Shown here piece by piece: positions 1 to 10,301 of a stretch of 64,000 bases of DNA (position 1 is the first letter of the stretch; each line of letters begins with the position of its first letter). Location of the stretch: contig CAWHAE010000019.1 of assembly GCA_963827235.1 (NCBI GenBank), positions 64,001 to 128,000 on the forward strand. The letters are read 5' to 3'. The notes under the pieces were generated by a model, which worked only from the letters and a program-made list of their open reading frames with translations, made no database searches and was not told the origin of the DNA. Both the position numbers and the translations under genes were made by a program. The stretch is from an uncultured bacterium (GTDB lineage Bacteria; Chloroflexota; UBA5177; JANWHV01).

Positions 1-1
1 C

Positions 2-460
2 TTTGGCCTTGGATTCGACACGGCGAGCGAAGTCGGACTCCTGGGCATGGCGGCGACAACGGCGCAGAGCGGCATGCCGGTGTGGTTCATCCTCGTCCTT
101 CCCCTCCTCTTCGTCGCCGGCATGGCCGCCGTCGACACTACGGACGGTGTGCTCATGTTGGGCGCTTACGGCTGGGCGTACGTCCGGCCGGTACGCAAGC
201 TCTACTACAATATGAACATCACGTTTGTCTCGGTACTTGTGGCCTTGGTCATTGGCGGCATCGAGGTGCTGCAGGTGGTCAGCCAGGAATCGAACCTGAG
301 CGGCGGGCCCTGGGACTGGGCCAACGACGTGCCTTTCAGCAGCCTGGGCTTTGTCATTATCGCTATCTTTGTCGCGTGCTGGTTGACGTCGGTGATCGTC
401 TACAAGGTCCGGCGCCTTGACCTGCTTGATCAACGAAGCACAGCGACGGGCCTCGAATAG
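2..460 (+). CDS. HoxN/HupN/NixA family Ni/Co permease (NiCoT), 5'-truncated by window edge
   Basis: Frame open from base 2: FGLGFDTASEVGLL (NiCoT signature), AGMxxxDTTDG and RPVRKLYYN motifs, hydrophobic helices. Confidence 0.93.
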   Translation, partial: FGLGFDTASEVGLLGMAATTAQSGMPVWFILVLPLLFVAGMAAVDTTDGVLMLGAYGWAYVRPVRKLYYNMNITFVSVLVALVIGGIEVLQVVSQESNLSGGPWDWANDVPFSSLGFVIIAIFVACWLTSVIVYKVRRLDLLDQRSTATGLE

Positions 461-802
461 CTCACCCTTGCGGTGCCAGCACGGCGCGAGCCGCGGCGTC
501 GCCGCTCGACGGGACGCCCTCAATGCTGCTGGATGCATGAAGTTCCCGAGAGCCATGCCATTGGCATGTGCTTCGGCAATCCCTGAGCGGCGTTGTCCAG
601 GTGTTCAAGAGTTGTGCCGATGGCCGCCTTGGCCGCTTCAGGATGCTCCCGGCGCAAGGTCCAGCCCACCTCGCAGACAAAGCCTTCGTCCGTGGCTGCC
701 ACGACGGCTGAATCGGGATCTTCTTAGCATTGGCCGAGTGTACCGCGTTACCTGCAGCGTGCGAGATCGCCGCAAACGCGCAGTTACGGCAACCCACAGC
801 AC

Positions 803-1183
803 TCAGAGGCAGGCTACGGCGCACCCATCGCACGACCGGTCCTCCGCGGCCGCCTCGCTCGCCGTGACACGAGCATGCAAGGCCAGCAGACGACGCACGG
901 CCTGAAATGCCAGCCTCGCTTGCTGTGGGGTAGCGGCACAGCCCCGAATGTCCGGCGGCAACCTGCCAGCAAGGAAATAGAGATGGTCCTGAGAGAGATC
1001 AAGTAGCCGAGCGAGCGATTCGATGGCTGGGTCGGAAAGATACGCGGAGCGATCGTGTTCTAGCTCGTCTATCTGTTGGCTTGTGACGCCGATTTGTGCG
1101 GCGACGTAGTCTTGGCTATACTCTAGCTCCGCGCGCGCCGCTTGAAGCGCGTTACCGAGGCTGATCTGTGACATGTCACTCAT
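803..1183 (-). CDS. XRE-family helix-turn-helix regulator
   Basis: LGNALQAARAELEYSQDYVAAQIGVTSQQIDELEHDR is an HTH_3 pattern; followed by LYFLAGRLPPD; start uncertain (1183 or 1174). Confidence 0.8.
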   Translation of the reverse strand: MSDMSQISLGNALQAARAELEYSQDYVAAQIGVTSQQIDELEHDRSAYLSDPAIESLARLLDLSQDHLYFLAGRLPPDIRGCAATPQQARLAFQAVRRLLALHARVTASEAAAEDRSCDGCAVACL

Positions 1184-1573
1184 TACGCTCGTGTTTCCCG
1201 ACACGCCCCACACGACTGGCGATATCGATCAACGTCAATTGTAGCAGCCCGAACAGTAGCCGGCAGTAGGACGTTCGCCCGGGGATGGCGACAACCTACG
1301 GATCGGCCGCCGGGCAGCCGGCGCAGCAGCGGCCTAGACCCGACTCGGCATGATTGCGAACGTGCACCTGCAGCATCGTGAGCTCACGGCGCCTATCGGA
1401 AGGGCGGTGCCCATCTGCCGGCTGGAGAAGATCTACCGCGAGGCGCTGGGACGGCGCTGGCAGGCCCCAGCCGGGCCAGTTCTGACGTCGCGCTTGACAA
1501 GGCGCTGGAGCGATAGATAGTAGAGGTGGGCTGGGAGATAGCCGGCCTACCACCGTGGCGGGAGAGGATGACC

Positions 1574-2503
1574 ATGACGGATGAGCCGGGCACCCAGGCG
1601 GCGGCACTGGTCTCTGCACGCGTCGGCGAGATGGGCGAGGATGTGCGACGGCTCCTCGACAACGGGACCAGTTACTTCAAGTCCTCCACGCGCAAGCTGC
1701 CGACCTTCTGCCACGGCTGCTTCGTCGGCTTACTGGCGACTGGCACGGACAAGGCCGAGATCGAGACCTACCAGCCCATGGATTTCCGCGACTGGGACGA
1801 CAACGCACCCCGCACCTGTGGCCGCTGCGGCAAGGTGCTCCGCGAGGTGTTCCGCAACGTGGATCTGCGGTGGTGCCTGTGGACCCCCCATGAGGAAGAC
1901 TGGCGTGCGCGTGCCTACGGCGAGATCTGGGATGCCATGCGCAAGGCCCACGCGGGCGAGATCGGCTCCTGCCTCGTCTACTCGTCGCCGAAGAAGCAGG
2001 CGATCCGCTTCGCGACGGTGGTCGTGACCAAGGGCGCCGCCCGCGCGGAGTTGTCCGCCGAGTTTGACGACGGCTCCTCGACCGCAGTCGGCGGTGAGGC
2101 CGGCGACATTGTGGATGACGACTTCCAGTCGGTCATGGATTGGATCGACCGGCTAGAGGAGGAGCTGATCGAGAAGGAAGAGCACCACGGCGAGTTCTAT
2201 TACGACGGAGAGGCCAAGCACGACGCGGCCTGGGAGGCCATGGTCAAGCCCTTCCATCTGGTCTTCCGGCCCCTCGGTGACGAGCGAAGTGACGAGCTTG
2301 GCGTTTACCAGACGCGGCACGAGGCGGTCCTCGCGATCTATTACGCGGCCGACGATGCTACCCAGGCCGGCCACCTATTCATCTACACCGGGGCAGATCC
2401 GAAGCACTGCCGGCCATTGATGCATTTTCGGCTGCGCGGCGGCACTTGGGGCTACAAGATCATCCACCCGGACACCGCGGATCAAGATCTGGACGAGGAG
2501 TGA
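1574..2503 (+). CDS. Hypothetical protein with putative Zn-ribbon (CHGC...CGRC)
   Basis: Long ORF with strongly coding codon usage, GAGAGG RBS before ATG 1574; family not recognised. Confidence 0.7.
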   Translation: MTDEPGTQAAALVSARVGEMGEDVRRLLDNGTSYFKSSTRKLPTFCHGCFVGLLATGTDKAEIETYQPMDFRDWDDNAPRTCGRCGKVLREVFRNVDLRWCLWTPHEEDWRARAYGEIWDAMRKAHAGEIGSCLVYSSPKKQAIRFATVVVTKGAARAELSAEFDDGSSTAVGGEAGDIVDDDFQSVMDWIDRLEEELIEKEEHHGEFYYDGEAKHDAAWEAMVKPFHLVFRPLGDERSDELGVYQTRHEAVLAIYYAADDATQAGHLFIYTGADPKHCRPLMHFRLRGGTWGYKIIHPDTADQDLDEE

Positions 2504-2644
2504 GCCTGGAGCTGGATGGACGCGCGGCTGCGAGGCGGTGTGGCCTATCCATCGTCGCTAACCACTATGTCGCTGTGCAGACAAGGCCAATCGCGCAGAG
2601 TCGTCGTGTGGCGACTCGCCCTGGTTGGACGTCGTTGCTCCAGT

Positions 2645-3112
2645 CTAGGGGCGAGCCGCACGGCTCCTTGCCGGCTCCCGGTCCCGCAGCATTGCCACGG
2701 CCTGCTCAATTCGCCGTATGCGCGTCTCGGGCTTCTTCGCGCTCTCGATTGCGAGCACGTGCTCCCGCTTGTGGCTGTAAGCCAGGCGGTCGTAGGCTGC
2801 GCGGGCGACCGCGTCGGCGTCTAGGGCACGCGCGAAGTCCGCGGGCTCGACCACGACAGGAGGCTCGGCATCAAGTTCCACGTCGACCTCGACCTGGTCG
2901 CCGGTCACGACGCCGGCGGCTTGCCGGTTGGCGTTGCTGAGGCCGAGCAGGCAGCGGCCACGCATAATGGCGACCCTGCTCTTCCAAGAATGCCCGTTAA
3001 TCGTAATGATCACCCGCGGCCTCCTGCCACCACCGAGCGCCTCTACGACCTCTTGGGGAACCTCCAAGCCCTTCATGGGCTCCGGAGCCTCGACGTAGGT
3101 TTGAAACTTCAT
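2645..3112 (-). CDS. DUF1905 + YdeI/OmpD-associated domain protein
   Basis: VEALGGGRRPRVIITINGH...GDQVEVDVELD..P.DFARAL...AYSHKRE...AKKPETRIRRI is typical of the family. Confidence 0.9.
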   Translation of the reverse strand: MKFQTYVEAPEPMKGLEVPQEVVEALGGGRRPRVIITINGHSWKSRVAIMRGRCLLGLSNANRQAAGVVTGDQVEVDVELDAEPPVVVEPADFARALDADAVARAAYDRLAYSHKREHVLAIESAKKPETRIRRIEQAVAMLRDREPARSRAARP

Positions 3113-4013
3113 AATCGGCTCCCGCCATCTTGCCGGCTCGCTGGGGGTCCAGCCGACCCTCTTCCTCGAGTGCCGGTCCCACCTTCTCCACCTGGCCTGC
3201 CGCCGCCATGCCCAGGATGGCTGCGTTAACGGTGATCATACCGACGACGCTGGCGCCCACACAGCGTCAGCATGGCTCCATCCTCTATCGTGTGTTCATC
3301 TCAGCCTGCGCTCTGCAGCTCGAAGGCGTCCTGGCGTAGGCGATTCGGCTCAAGCCGCGAGATACGTTGCCCACGCCGGGCGTAACCGCCGAGCACTGGC
3401 AGCCAGAGCTTGATCTGCTATATCACCCTGAGCCTGACCAAGGGCGTGCCCAAGGGCATCACGGGCGTGCGCCTGCACGGTCCCGCCGCGCTGTTCACCA
3501 CCCGGCGCACGGCGGCGCTGCACGTGGCCGTCGGCAAAGGCGTGGCTCCCAAGACCTACTTGGAGGCATGCACATACCACGGCACGTGCCTGGATTGCGT
3601 GCTGACCCATCGCGGACACCAGAACCACCTGCCGGCGTGATTTCACGACATCGTGAATTGGCGGATCGTTGCCCTGGCCGCCCTCACGGAGTGCCGCATG
3701 CTTGCAGCGCAACCCGAGCACGTGCGGAAGGTGCCGGTGAAGAAGCCGGCTCCGGCGGAGTAGCAGGCTTGGTGCGCCGTCGTTCGCTGATATCCCGCCT
3801 CCGCTTTACGTGGGCCGGTATGTGGATCATGTGTAGTTCCTTGTATCGGCAGCGGCGAAGATAGAGGAAGGACGGCCATGTGAGGTGCATCGGGTTGCCG
3901 GGCGATTGGCGCTGGGGTCGCCACTGTCTCAGGCCGCACGCCAGCCTCTTCGGCCGCCATGCCGGCAGGCAAGAATGCTCGTCGTCGTATCCATCCAGAG
4001 GAGGACCTTGGTA

Positions 4014-5297
4014 ATGCTTGCGGTAGCCAGTGCACTTCGTTGCGCCTGCCGGCCACTTGGTGTGGCCGCGCTGGTCTTTTCATTCAACGCCCTGCCTGTT
4101 CAGAGTCGCGACCATCTCGTGGCCCAGGCGGCCGGAGTAGCCTGCACCCTGCCTCTCGTCCACGACCATTACGACGGGTTTCACATCGGGGTGCCGGCCG
4201 GTTGGCAGCTGACCAGCTTCAATGACACCATCGCGGTGACTCGGGGCACGTCGGACGTCGAGATGGCCGTCGTGTACCCCGCACTGCCCACCAAGGGTCT
4301 GACGCCGATGAGCTTCTTCGCGGCGTACAGTCGCGTGCTCGAGAACAGTGCGGCGGCCGCCGGCAATGCGCTGCTATTTCACCTGACCAGCGCGGCCGGC
4401 CAACTACCTGCTGCCACCGTCACCGGGCGAGTCGGTCGGACTGCTGTGCAGGGTCACGCGTCCGTCATGCTGCTGCGCGACCGGACTGCGCTCGCGTCGC
4501 AGCTGCTCGTGTACGCCGCCTACTGGTTGCCAGCGTCGCGAGCGGCTGCCGATGGACCGTTGCTTGCCGGTGTTGGCCGCTGCTACGGGCCTGAGCCCGG
4601 GACGCTCTACCAGGTGTTCCAGGATCAGGTGTTTGCCTTCGCTCTCCCGGTAGGCTGGCAGGTCGCGGACGAAGGGCAGGACAGCATCGATCTCGTGGGC
4701 GACTCAGGCAGATCCCTGGTCAGCTATGTGCTCACCCTGCTGCCTACTAGTGAGACGGGCACGACGGCTCGCTCGCTGCTCGAGGCGATGTTCAGGGTGC
4801 TGCACATACAGATCACCGCGTTCCTCTCGTCGTCCAGGACCGCGCCGCAGCAGGGTGCAGCGGGAGCGCTGAACAGCACCGAGGAAGATGAGTTCACCGG
4901 CACCTACCAGGGCCAGGCGGTGCAGGGACTGGCTATCGTGACGAGCAGCGCCGGCGCGGCCGAGACCGGCGGGGTGCTCCGCCTGGGTTTGGCCCGGGCC
5001 GACCAGTGGAACGCGGAGAACAGCGGACTGGTCAAGGTGATGACGAGCGTCCGGCACAGCCTGGCGCAAGACGTCCAGCAATGGCAGCACCTTACCCAGC
5101 AATGGCAACAGTTTGATCAGGTCACGCAGCAGTTCGACGATACCCTCAACGGCGTGGAGGAGGTGCAGGATCCGACGACCGGGAAGCTCTACGCGGCGCC
5201 GTATGACCGGTACGATGTGAATGGTCCGGACGGTCCGGGCTACTATATCGACGACGGCGGCTTCCAGCAGCGGCTGCAACCGGTCAGCGCCGGATAG
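4014..5297 (+). CDS. Secreted hypothetical protein with duplicated PxGW module and Gln-rich C-terminus
   Basis: GAGGAGGA RBS before ATG 4014; N-terminal hydrophobic segment; FHIGVPAGWQ and FAFALPVGWQ repeats; QQWQQFDQVTQQFDD tail. Confidence 0.7.
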   Translation: MLAVASALRCACRPLGVAALVFSFNALPVQSRDHLVAQAAGVACTLPLVHDHYDGFHIGVPAGWQLTSFNDTIAVTRGTSDVEMAVVYPALPTKGLTPMSFFAAYSRVLENSAAAAGNALLFHLTSAAGQLPAATVTGRVGRTAVQGHASVMLLRDRTALASQLLVYAAYWLPASRAAADGPLLAGVGRCYGPEPGTLYQVFQDQVFAFALPVGWQVADEGQDSIDLVGDSGRSLVSYVLTLLPTSETGTTARSLLEAMFRVLHIQITAFLSSSRTAPQQGAAGALNSTEEDEFTGTYQGQAVQGLAIVTSSAGAAETGGVLRLGLARADQWNAENSGLVKVMTSVRHSLAQDVQQWQHLTQQWQQFDQVTQQFDDTLNGVEEVQDPTTGKLYAAPYDRYDVNGPDGPGYYIDDGGFQQRLQPVSAG

Positions 5298-6412
5298 GCC
5301 CTGCGAGCCGGGGCCACGTCGAGACGGAGGCGATGCGAAGCCGCATTCATCGCCGAGCGGTCATCCCGCACGCACGCATCGACAGCCGCGCCGGGGTCGA
5401 GCACGGCGCGCTCTCGAAGCCTCCCATGGGAATGTGAACTTCTGACGCGGCGGTCGGCATTGGCGAGCATCGCACTCGGAGTATCCCAAGCACCGGCTCC
5501 TTGCCGCTTGGCCAAGCGGCAGTTCGGCGATGGAGTACTCGTACGGCTGTCGAGCGGGCCGCCAGTATGAGCAGGCGCCCATAATCGTACCCACACCGTT
5601 CTTTTTCGACCGTCGTAGTTCCTTTTTCGACCACCCTTGCAGTTGGGCGCGCCGACTTCGTCACATTCTAGGATATATACGTCCGCTTCGGCATTGTATA
5701 TACTAGGGGCGGCTGGTTGTCGTGGGCTCTACAGCAGAAGGGAGCTTCCTAAGAACAACCGACCTTGATCTGTTGGGCACGATTCGGGTAGCGTAGAGCG
5801 AGTTTTCCCAAGTCGGCACGTCAACACGCAGCGCCCCACAGCTGCGGTCAGGCCTGGGCGAGCCGACGCAGATTACCGACTGAACAACTGAGCACACGGC
5901 CATGCTTGGTTGTGACTGCTGCACTGCTCGCGGAGTGCCTCCGAGCGACAGAGACAATCGGATGACCGCACGCATGCTTGTACGACGCAGCGTGACCCGG
6001 CACAAGGTAACCCTCCTCTGCAGCCATCGTGGCACTTGCTGGCCGCAGGTAGCACGCCGGTCCACGCAGTTGCAAGCACGCGGTCTTAGCAGTTCCGGCG
6101 CGTGCGGATCCGGTTGTTATCTCATGAGCTCCCGGTGTTGAGCGTCCAAAGCAGGCGGCCTGTCGATCCTGCGCTGCGCTCCGGACAGCGGTTCCGATGC
6201 TTGTTGCTGGCAGCCCAAAGCGAGCGACACGAAGGAGGCGGTCTGCCTCGTAACACGTTGTATCGGTGCTGCAGCCTTCTCTAGCAAGCGCGCGAGTGTG
6301 GATCATCTGGCGTCTGGTCGCCAAGGGCCGCGGCACTCGGTGGAGCACCGCGGGTTCGCCCGAAAGTCGCGGGAAAGTGTGCGTTGATGCGTTGCCGGTG
6401 GGGGACTCTGCT

Positions 6413-9400
6413 ATGGTGCGGTCTTCTGAAGACACAAGATCTGCTCTTGACGAAATGAACGGCGTGGTGAACGAGGTGCTCGCTCCTGCCTCGCCCACGG
6501 GTGAAGAACTTGAGCGGCTGCTTCGGTACTGGACGGAGCGCCTCGCCGGGGCGCCGCCGCCCTTGGTGTTGCCTTCCGACCACATTCAACCGGATCAGCA
6601 GTCATATCGAGAGGAGAAGTACCACTTTCGCGTTCTATCAGACGTGCATGCAGGTCTACGCGCGCTTGCCCAGGACGCAGGGACAACACTCTTCACGACC
6701 CTGCTGGCAGCCTTCGACGTTCTGTTGGCTCGCTACAGCGGCCAGACTGACGTGTGTGTCGGCACGTGGGTGGCGGTGCCAACCCGCGACACGGTGACGC
6801 AAGCTGTTGACGAAGTCGACACGTTGGTGCTGCGCACCGACGTGGGCGGTAACCCCAGCTTTCGCGCCCTGCTGGCCCAGGTCCGGGAGCGCACGCTGGC
6901 GGATTTGGAGCACAAGGATCTGCCGTTCGATCAGCTGGTTGAGACTCTGCATTCCGTGCGGAGCCCGGCTAACGGTTCCCTCGTACCGGTGATGTTCGTT
7001 CTGGAGTGCACACCGCTGCGCAGCAATCCGCCGGTGAGCTCTGACCGCGGAGGCTTCACGTTCGACCTCATGCTGCGGCTGACCGAGACGCCAGAAGGCC
7101 TCGAGGGTGTGGTAGAGTATGACGCCGGTCTGTTCGAAGCGGCGACGAGTCAGCGGTTGGCCGGGCACTATCTGACCTTGTTGGCGGGAATCGTCAGCGA
7201 CTCCCGGCAACGCATCCACGAGCTGCCAATGCTCACCGCAGAGGAGCGACGGCAACTACTCGTCGAATGGAATGACGCCGAGTTCCCAGTGCCTGCCATA
7301 AGGTGCATGCACCAGCTTTTCGAGCAGCAGACGGCACGAACGCCGGACGCTGTGGCGCTCATCTTTGAGGACGTGCAGTTAACCTATCGCCAGCTGGACC
7401 GCCGCGCAAATCAGCTTGCACGCTACCTTCAGGGATTGGGCGCGGCACCGGACGTGCTGATTGGACTGCACGTCGAGCGCTCGGTGGAGATGATTGTCGC
7501 CATCCTCGGCGTGCTCAAGGCCGGGGCGGCGTGCGTGCCCCTGGATCCCACATACCCTGCCGAACGGCTTGCCAGCATAATCGAAGACACGGCGATGCCA
7601 CTCCTGCTGACTCAGCAGCACCTTATGTCGTGGCCGTCCGCTCACTCCTCCCGAATAGTCTATCTCGACGGCCACGTAGACGAAATTGCAGCCCAGGGCT
7701 CAGAGTCAGTGCAGAGCGACGTCAAGCCCGAGAATCTGGCATTTGTCTTCTACACGTCAGGCTCAACGGGTCAGCCAAAAGGCGTGATGTGGCCGCACGA
7801 CGCTGCATGTCACGGAGTCTGGGGGCAGTACGGCTGTCTGAGCCTGGGGCATGGCACGCGAGTGCTGCAAGTGGCTCCACTGAGCTTCTCCGTATGCGTC
7901 TGGGAGATCTTCACCGCGCTGTGGTCGGGTGCAACCCTGGTCGTCGCTCGTCGCGACGACATCCAGCCGGGCCTTCCCCTCGTGCGGCTCTTGCAGCGGC
8001 AGGAGATCTCGATGGCACTGCTCGTCCCGTCGACACTCGCGGTCTTGCCGAACGCCACCCTGCCTGCGCTTGAGACGCTCGTGGTAGGCGGTGAGGCGTG
8101 CCCGCTGGAGCTGATGCGGCGCTGGGCACCCGGCCGGCGCCTCGCCAATGTGTACGGCTCAACGGAAATCTGCACGGGCGGCGTATGGTGGCAAGCGCCG
8201 TCCAATGCACGTGAATCACTGCTCGGCCGGCCGATGCCAAACAGACGCGTCTACGTCCTGGACGCCTACATGCAACCCGTCCCGGTAGGGCTCGTGGGAG
8301 AGATGTACTTCGGGGGCTTGGGTCTGGCACGCGGCTATCTCAATCGGCCGGAGCTCACAGTGGAACGATTCATGCCGGATCCCTTCAGCGACAGGCCAGG
8401 GGCTCGCCTCTACAGGACGGGCGATCTGGTGCGCTATCGTGCCGACGGCAACCTGGTGTACGTCGGCCGGGCGGATCAGCAGATCAAGATTCGTGGTCAA
8501 CGCGTGGAGCTGGACGAGATCCGCTCAGTCCTGCTTACGCATCCCATGGTTGAGGACTGCGCTGTTATCAAACATGAGCCAGCAGTTGGTTCTCCGAGGC
8601 TAGTTGCGTACTTCGCCGCTCGACAGGAGCAGCGACCGACAAGCAAAGATCTGCGCGAGTATCTGCTCCAGAAACTGCCAAGCTTCATGGTACCCGCACA
8701 GTATGTATTGGTTGCCGCGCTTCCACTGACCCCCAACGGGAAGCTGGATCTTCTCGCATTGCCGCCGCCAGGTGCGATCGAGCAGGGACGTGAGGACGAG
8801 TTCGTTCCTCCTTCGATCGCGATCGAATACCAGATTGCCAAGATATGGGAAGAGCTACTCGACATACGGCCGATCGGGATCACCGACGATTTCTTCGCTC
8901 TGGGCGGGCATTCTCTGCTTGCCGTTCGAATGATAGACCGAGTCGAACAGATCTGCGGTAAGCGCCTACCGTTGGCTTCCTTGTTTGGGACGCCCACAAT
9001 CGCGCATCTGCGGGACTTGCTGCTGCAGGAGGCCATAGGAACCGGCGGCCGAGTACCGCTGATCGAAGTGCAGCGGGGTGGTGATCAGTGCCCCTTGTTC
9101 TTCTTGCATGGCGATTTCACCGGCGGCGGATTCTACTGTCGTGAGCTGGCCCGCCGACTTGGGCCGGATCGACCATTCTACGCACTGCAGCCGCATGGCA
9201 TGGACGGCGGAGCGCTTCCGGAGAGCATCGAAGCCATGGCATGCTCCTTCGTCGAGCCGCTCCTTGCTCTGCGGCCCAGCGGTCCCATTCTCCTCGCGGG
9301 CTATTGTGCAGCAGGTTTCGTCGCTGTCGAGCTGGCGCGGCTGCTGCAAGCGCGCGGACGTCACGTCGAACTCGTGGTCATGGTGAGCCCACCACTGCTG

Positions 9401-9940
9401 CTGAAGCGAAGAATTCTCATTCTGAGCACGCTTCTCTCGCGAGCCGGAAAGATGCTCGGCTGGTCGTCCGATCATCAGACCGCAAAGTACTTGCGATCTT
9501 GGCGGTACTACACGCGGGTGAGGGCTGCCATGAGCGGCACCTTGCAGCCATGGAACGATCGGGCTCGACAGCTTCTCGGCTGTAAGGTCAGCTCGGTAGA
9601 GTCCGCCGGTCGCGGATCTGCGCAGGCGCGAAAGGCGCCTCAGCCCGTAGGCGCGCCGCCCGTGAATGCCAATAGCGATATGGGAGCCAGGTACACCTGG
9701 GTGATATCTCGATACAGGCCGCGGGCTTATGCAGGTCGGGTGGTAGTCTTTCAGACGTCGGAGGTCTTGGCGAGGGAGGCGCGCTATGCCCGGCGCCAGG
9801 CCCGGCGGTTGCGAGAGCTTGTGCGGCACCCCGAGGTCCGCGTCATTCCCGGCGATCACGTCACGTCGATAACGAGGTACAACGCGGTTCTTGCCGACGC
9901 GATTCGTGCTTGCCTCGAAATGGGACGTGGGGCGCGGTAG
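6413..9940 (+). CDS. Stand-alone NRPS: partial condensation - adenylation - PCP - thioesterase
   Basis: YWTERLAG (C-terminal half of C domain); A motifs LTYRQL, LKAG, YTSGSTGQPKG, GLARGY, YRTGD, PNGKLD; PCP FFALGGHSL; TE GYCAAG and GDH; start uncertain (6413 or 6454). Confidence 0.95.
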   Translation: MVRSSEDTRSALDEMNGVVNEVLAPASPTGEELERLLRYWTERLAGAPPPLVLPSDHIQPDQQSYREEKYHFRVLSDVHAGLRALAQDAGTTLFTTLLAAFDVLLARYSGQTDVCVGTWVAVPTRDTVTQAVDEVDTLVLRTDVGGNPSFRALLAQVRERTLADLEHKDLPFDQLVETLHSVRSPANGSLVPVMFVLECTPLRSNPPVSSDRGGFTFDLMLRLTETPEGLEGVVEYDAGLFEAATSQRLAGHYLTLLAGIVSDSRQRIHELPMLTAEERRQLLVEWNDAEFPVPAIRCMHQLFEQQTARTPDAVALIFEDVQLTYRQLDRRANQLARYLQGLGAAPDVLIGLHVERSVEMIVAILGVLKAGAACVPLDPTYPAERLASIIEDTAMPLLLTQQHLMSWPSAHSSRIVYLDGHVDEIAAQGSESVQSDVKPENLAFVFYTSGSTGQPKGVMWPHDAACHGVWGQYGCLSLGHGTRVLQVAPLSFSVCVWEIFTALWSGATLVVARRDDIQPGLPLVRLLQRQEISMALLVPSTLAVLPNATLPALETLVVGGEACPLELMRRWAPGRRLANVYGSTEICTGGVWWQAPSNARESLLGRPMPNRRVYVLDAYMQPVPVGLVGEMYFGGLGLARGYLNRPELTVERFMPDPFSDRPGARLYRTGDLVRYRADGNLVYVGRADQQIKIRGQRVELDEIRSVLLTHPMVEDCAVIKHEPAVGSPRLVAYFAARQEQRPTSKDLREYLLQKLPSFMVPAQYVLVAALPLTPNGKLDLLALPPPGAIEQGREDEFVPPSIAIEYQIAKIWEELLDIRPIGITDDFFALGGHSLLAVRMIDRVEQICGKRLPLASLFGTPTIAHLRDLLLQEAIGTGGRVPLIEVQRGGDQCPLFFLHGDFTGGGFYCRELARRLGPDRPFYALQPHGMDGGALPESIEAMACSFVEPLLALRPSGPILLAGYCAAGFVAVELARLLQARGRHVELVVMVSPPLLLKRRILILSTLLSRAGKMLGWSSDHQTAKYLRSWRYYTRVRAAMSGTLQPWNDRARQLLGCKVSSVESAGRGSAQARKAPQPVGAPPVNANSDMGARYTWVISRYRPRAYAGRVVVFQTSEVLAREARYARRQARRLRELVRHPEVRVIPGDHVTSITRYNAVLADAIRACLEMGRGAR

Positions 9941-10301
9941 CGACAAGGACCTCGCTTCAAATAGGTGCCGATCACTGCCGGGCTAGGTCTCCCGGTGCAG
10001 CGCTGATGTAGCGGTACGGTGCTGGAAACGCTCCAGGCTTGGATACCGCTATCGCCGGGCCGAGCGCGGCTTGGTACGGGAGCCCTGCCGGCGAAGAATC
10101 GACCGGTTCCGTGGGCACATTGACGCATCTGGCCGGTGATGTTGTACTCTGTTCTCGGCAACCACGCTGGGCCAGGCTCTGCTTCGTGCCGGCGAGGCAG
10201 CTCAACGTAGCAGGCCGGTACCCCGCGGAGCCGGCGAAGTACAGTACTTGGTGCCCGGGCGGCTACTGAGAATAGACGGCACCTGAAGGCGGGTCGACGA
10301 C

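Noticed and set aside
520-702. 60-aa ORF downstream of the XRE gene as a toxin partner
   Set aside because: No recognisable toxin motif or RBS
5347-6400. Missing N-terminal NRPS part or MbtH gene upstream of the NRPS
   Set aside because: No HHxxxDG, PCP or MbtH (SxWP, PxGW, WxDxRP) motifs in the translated frames
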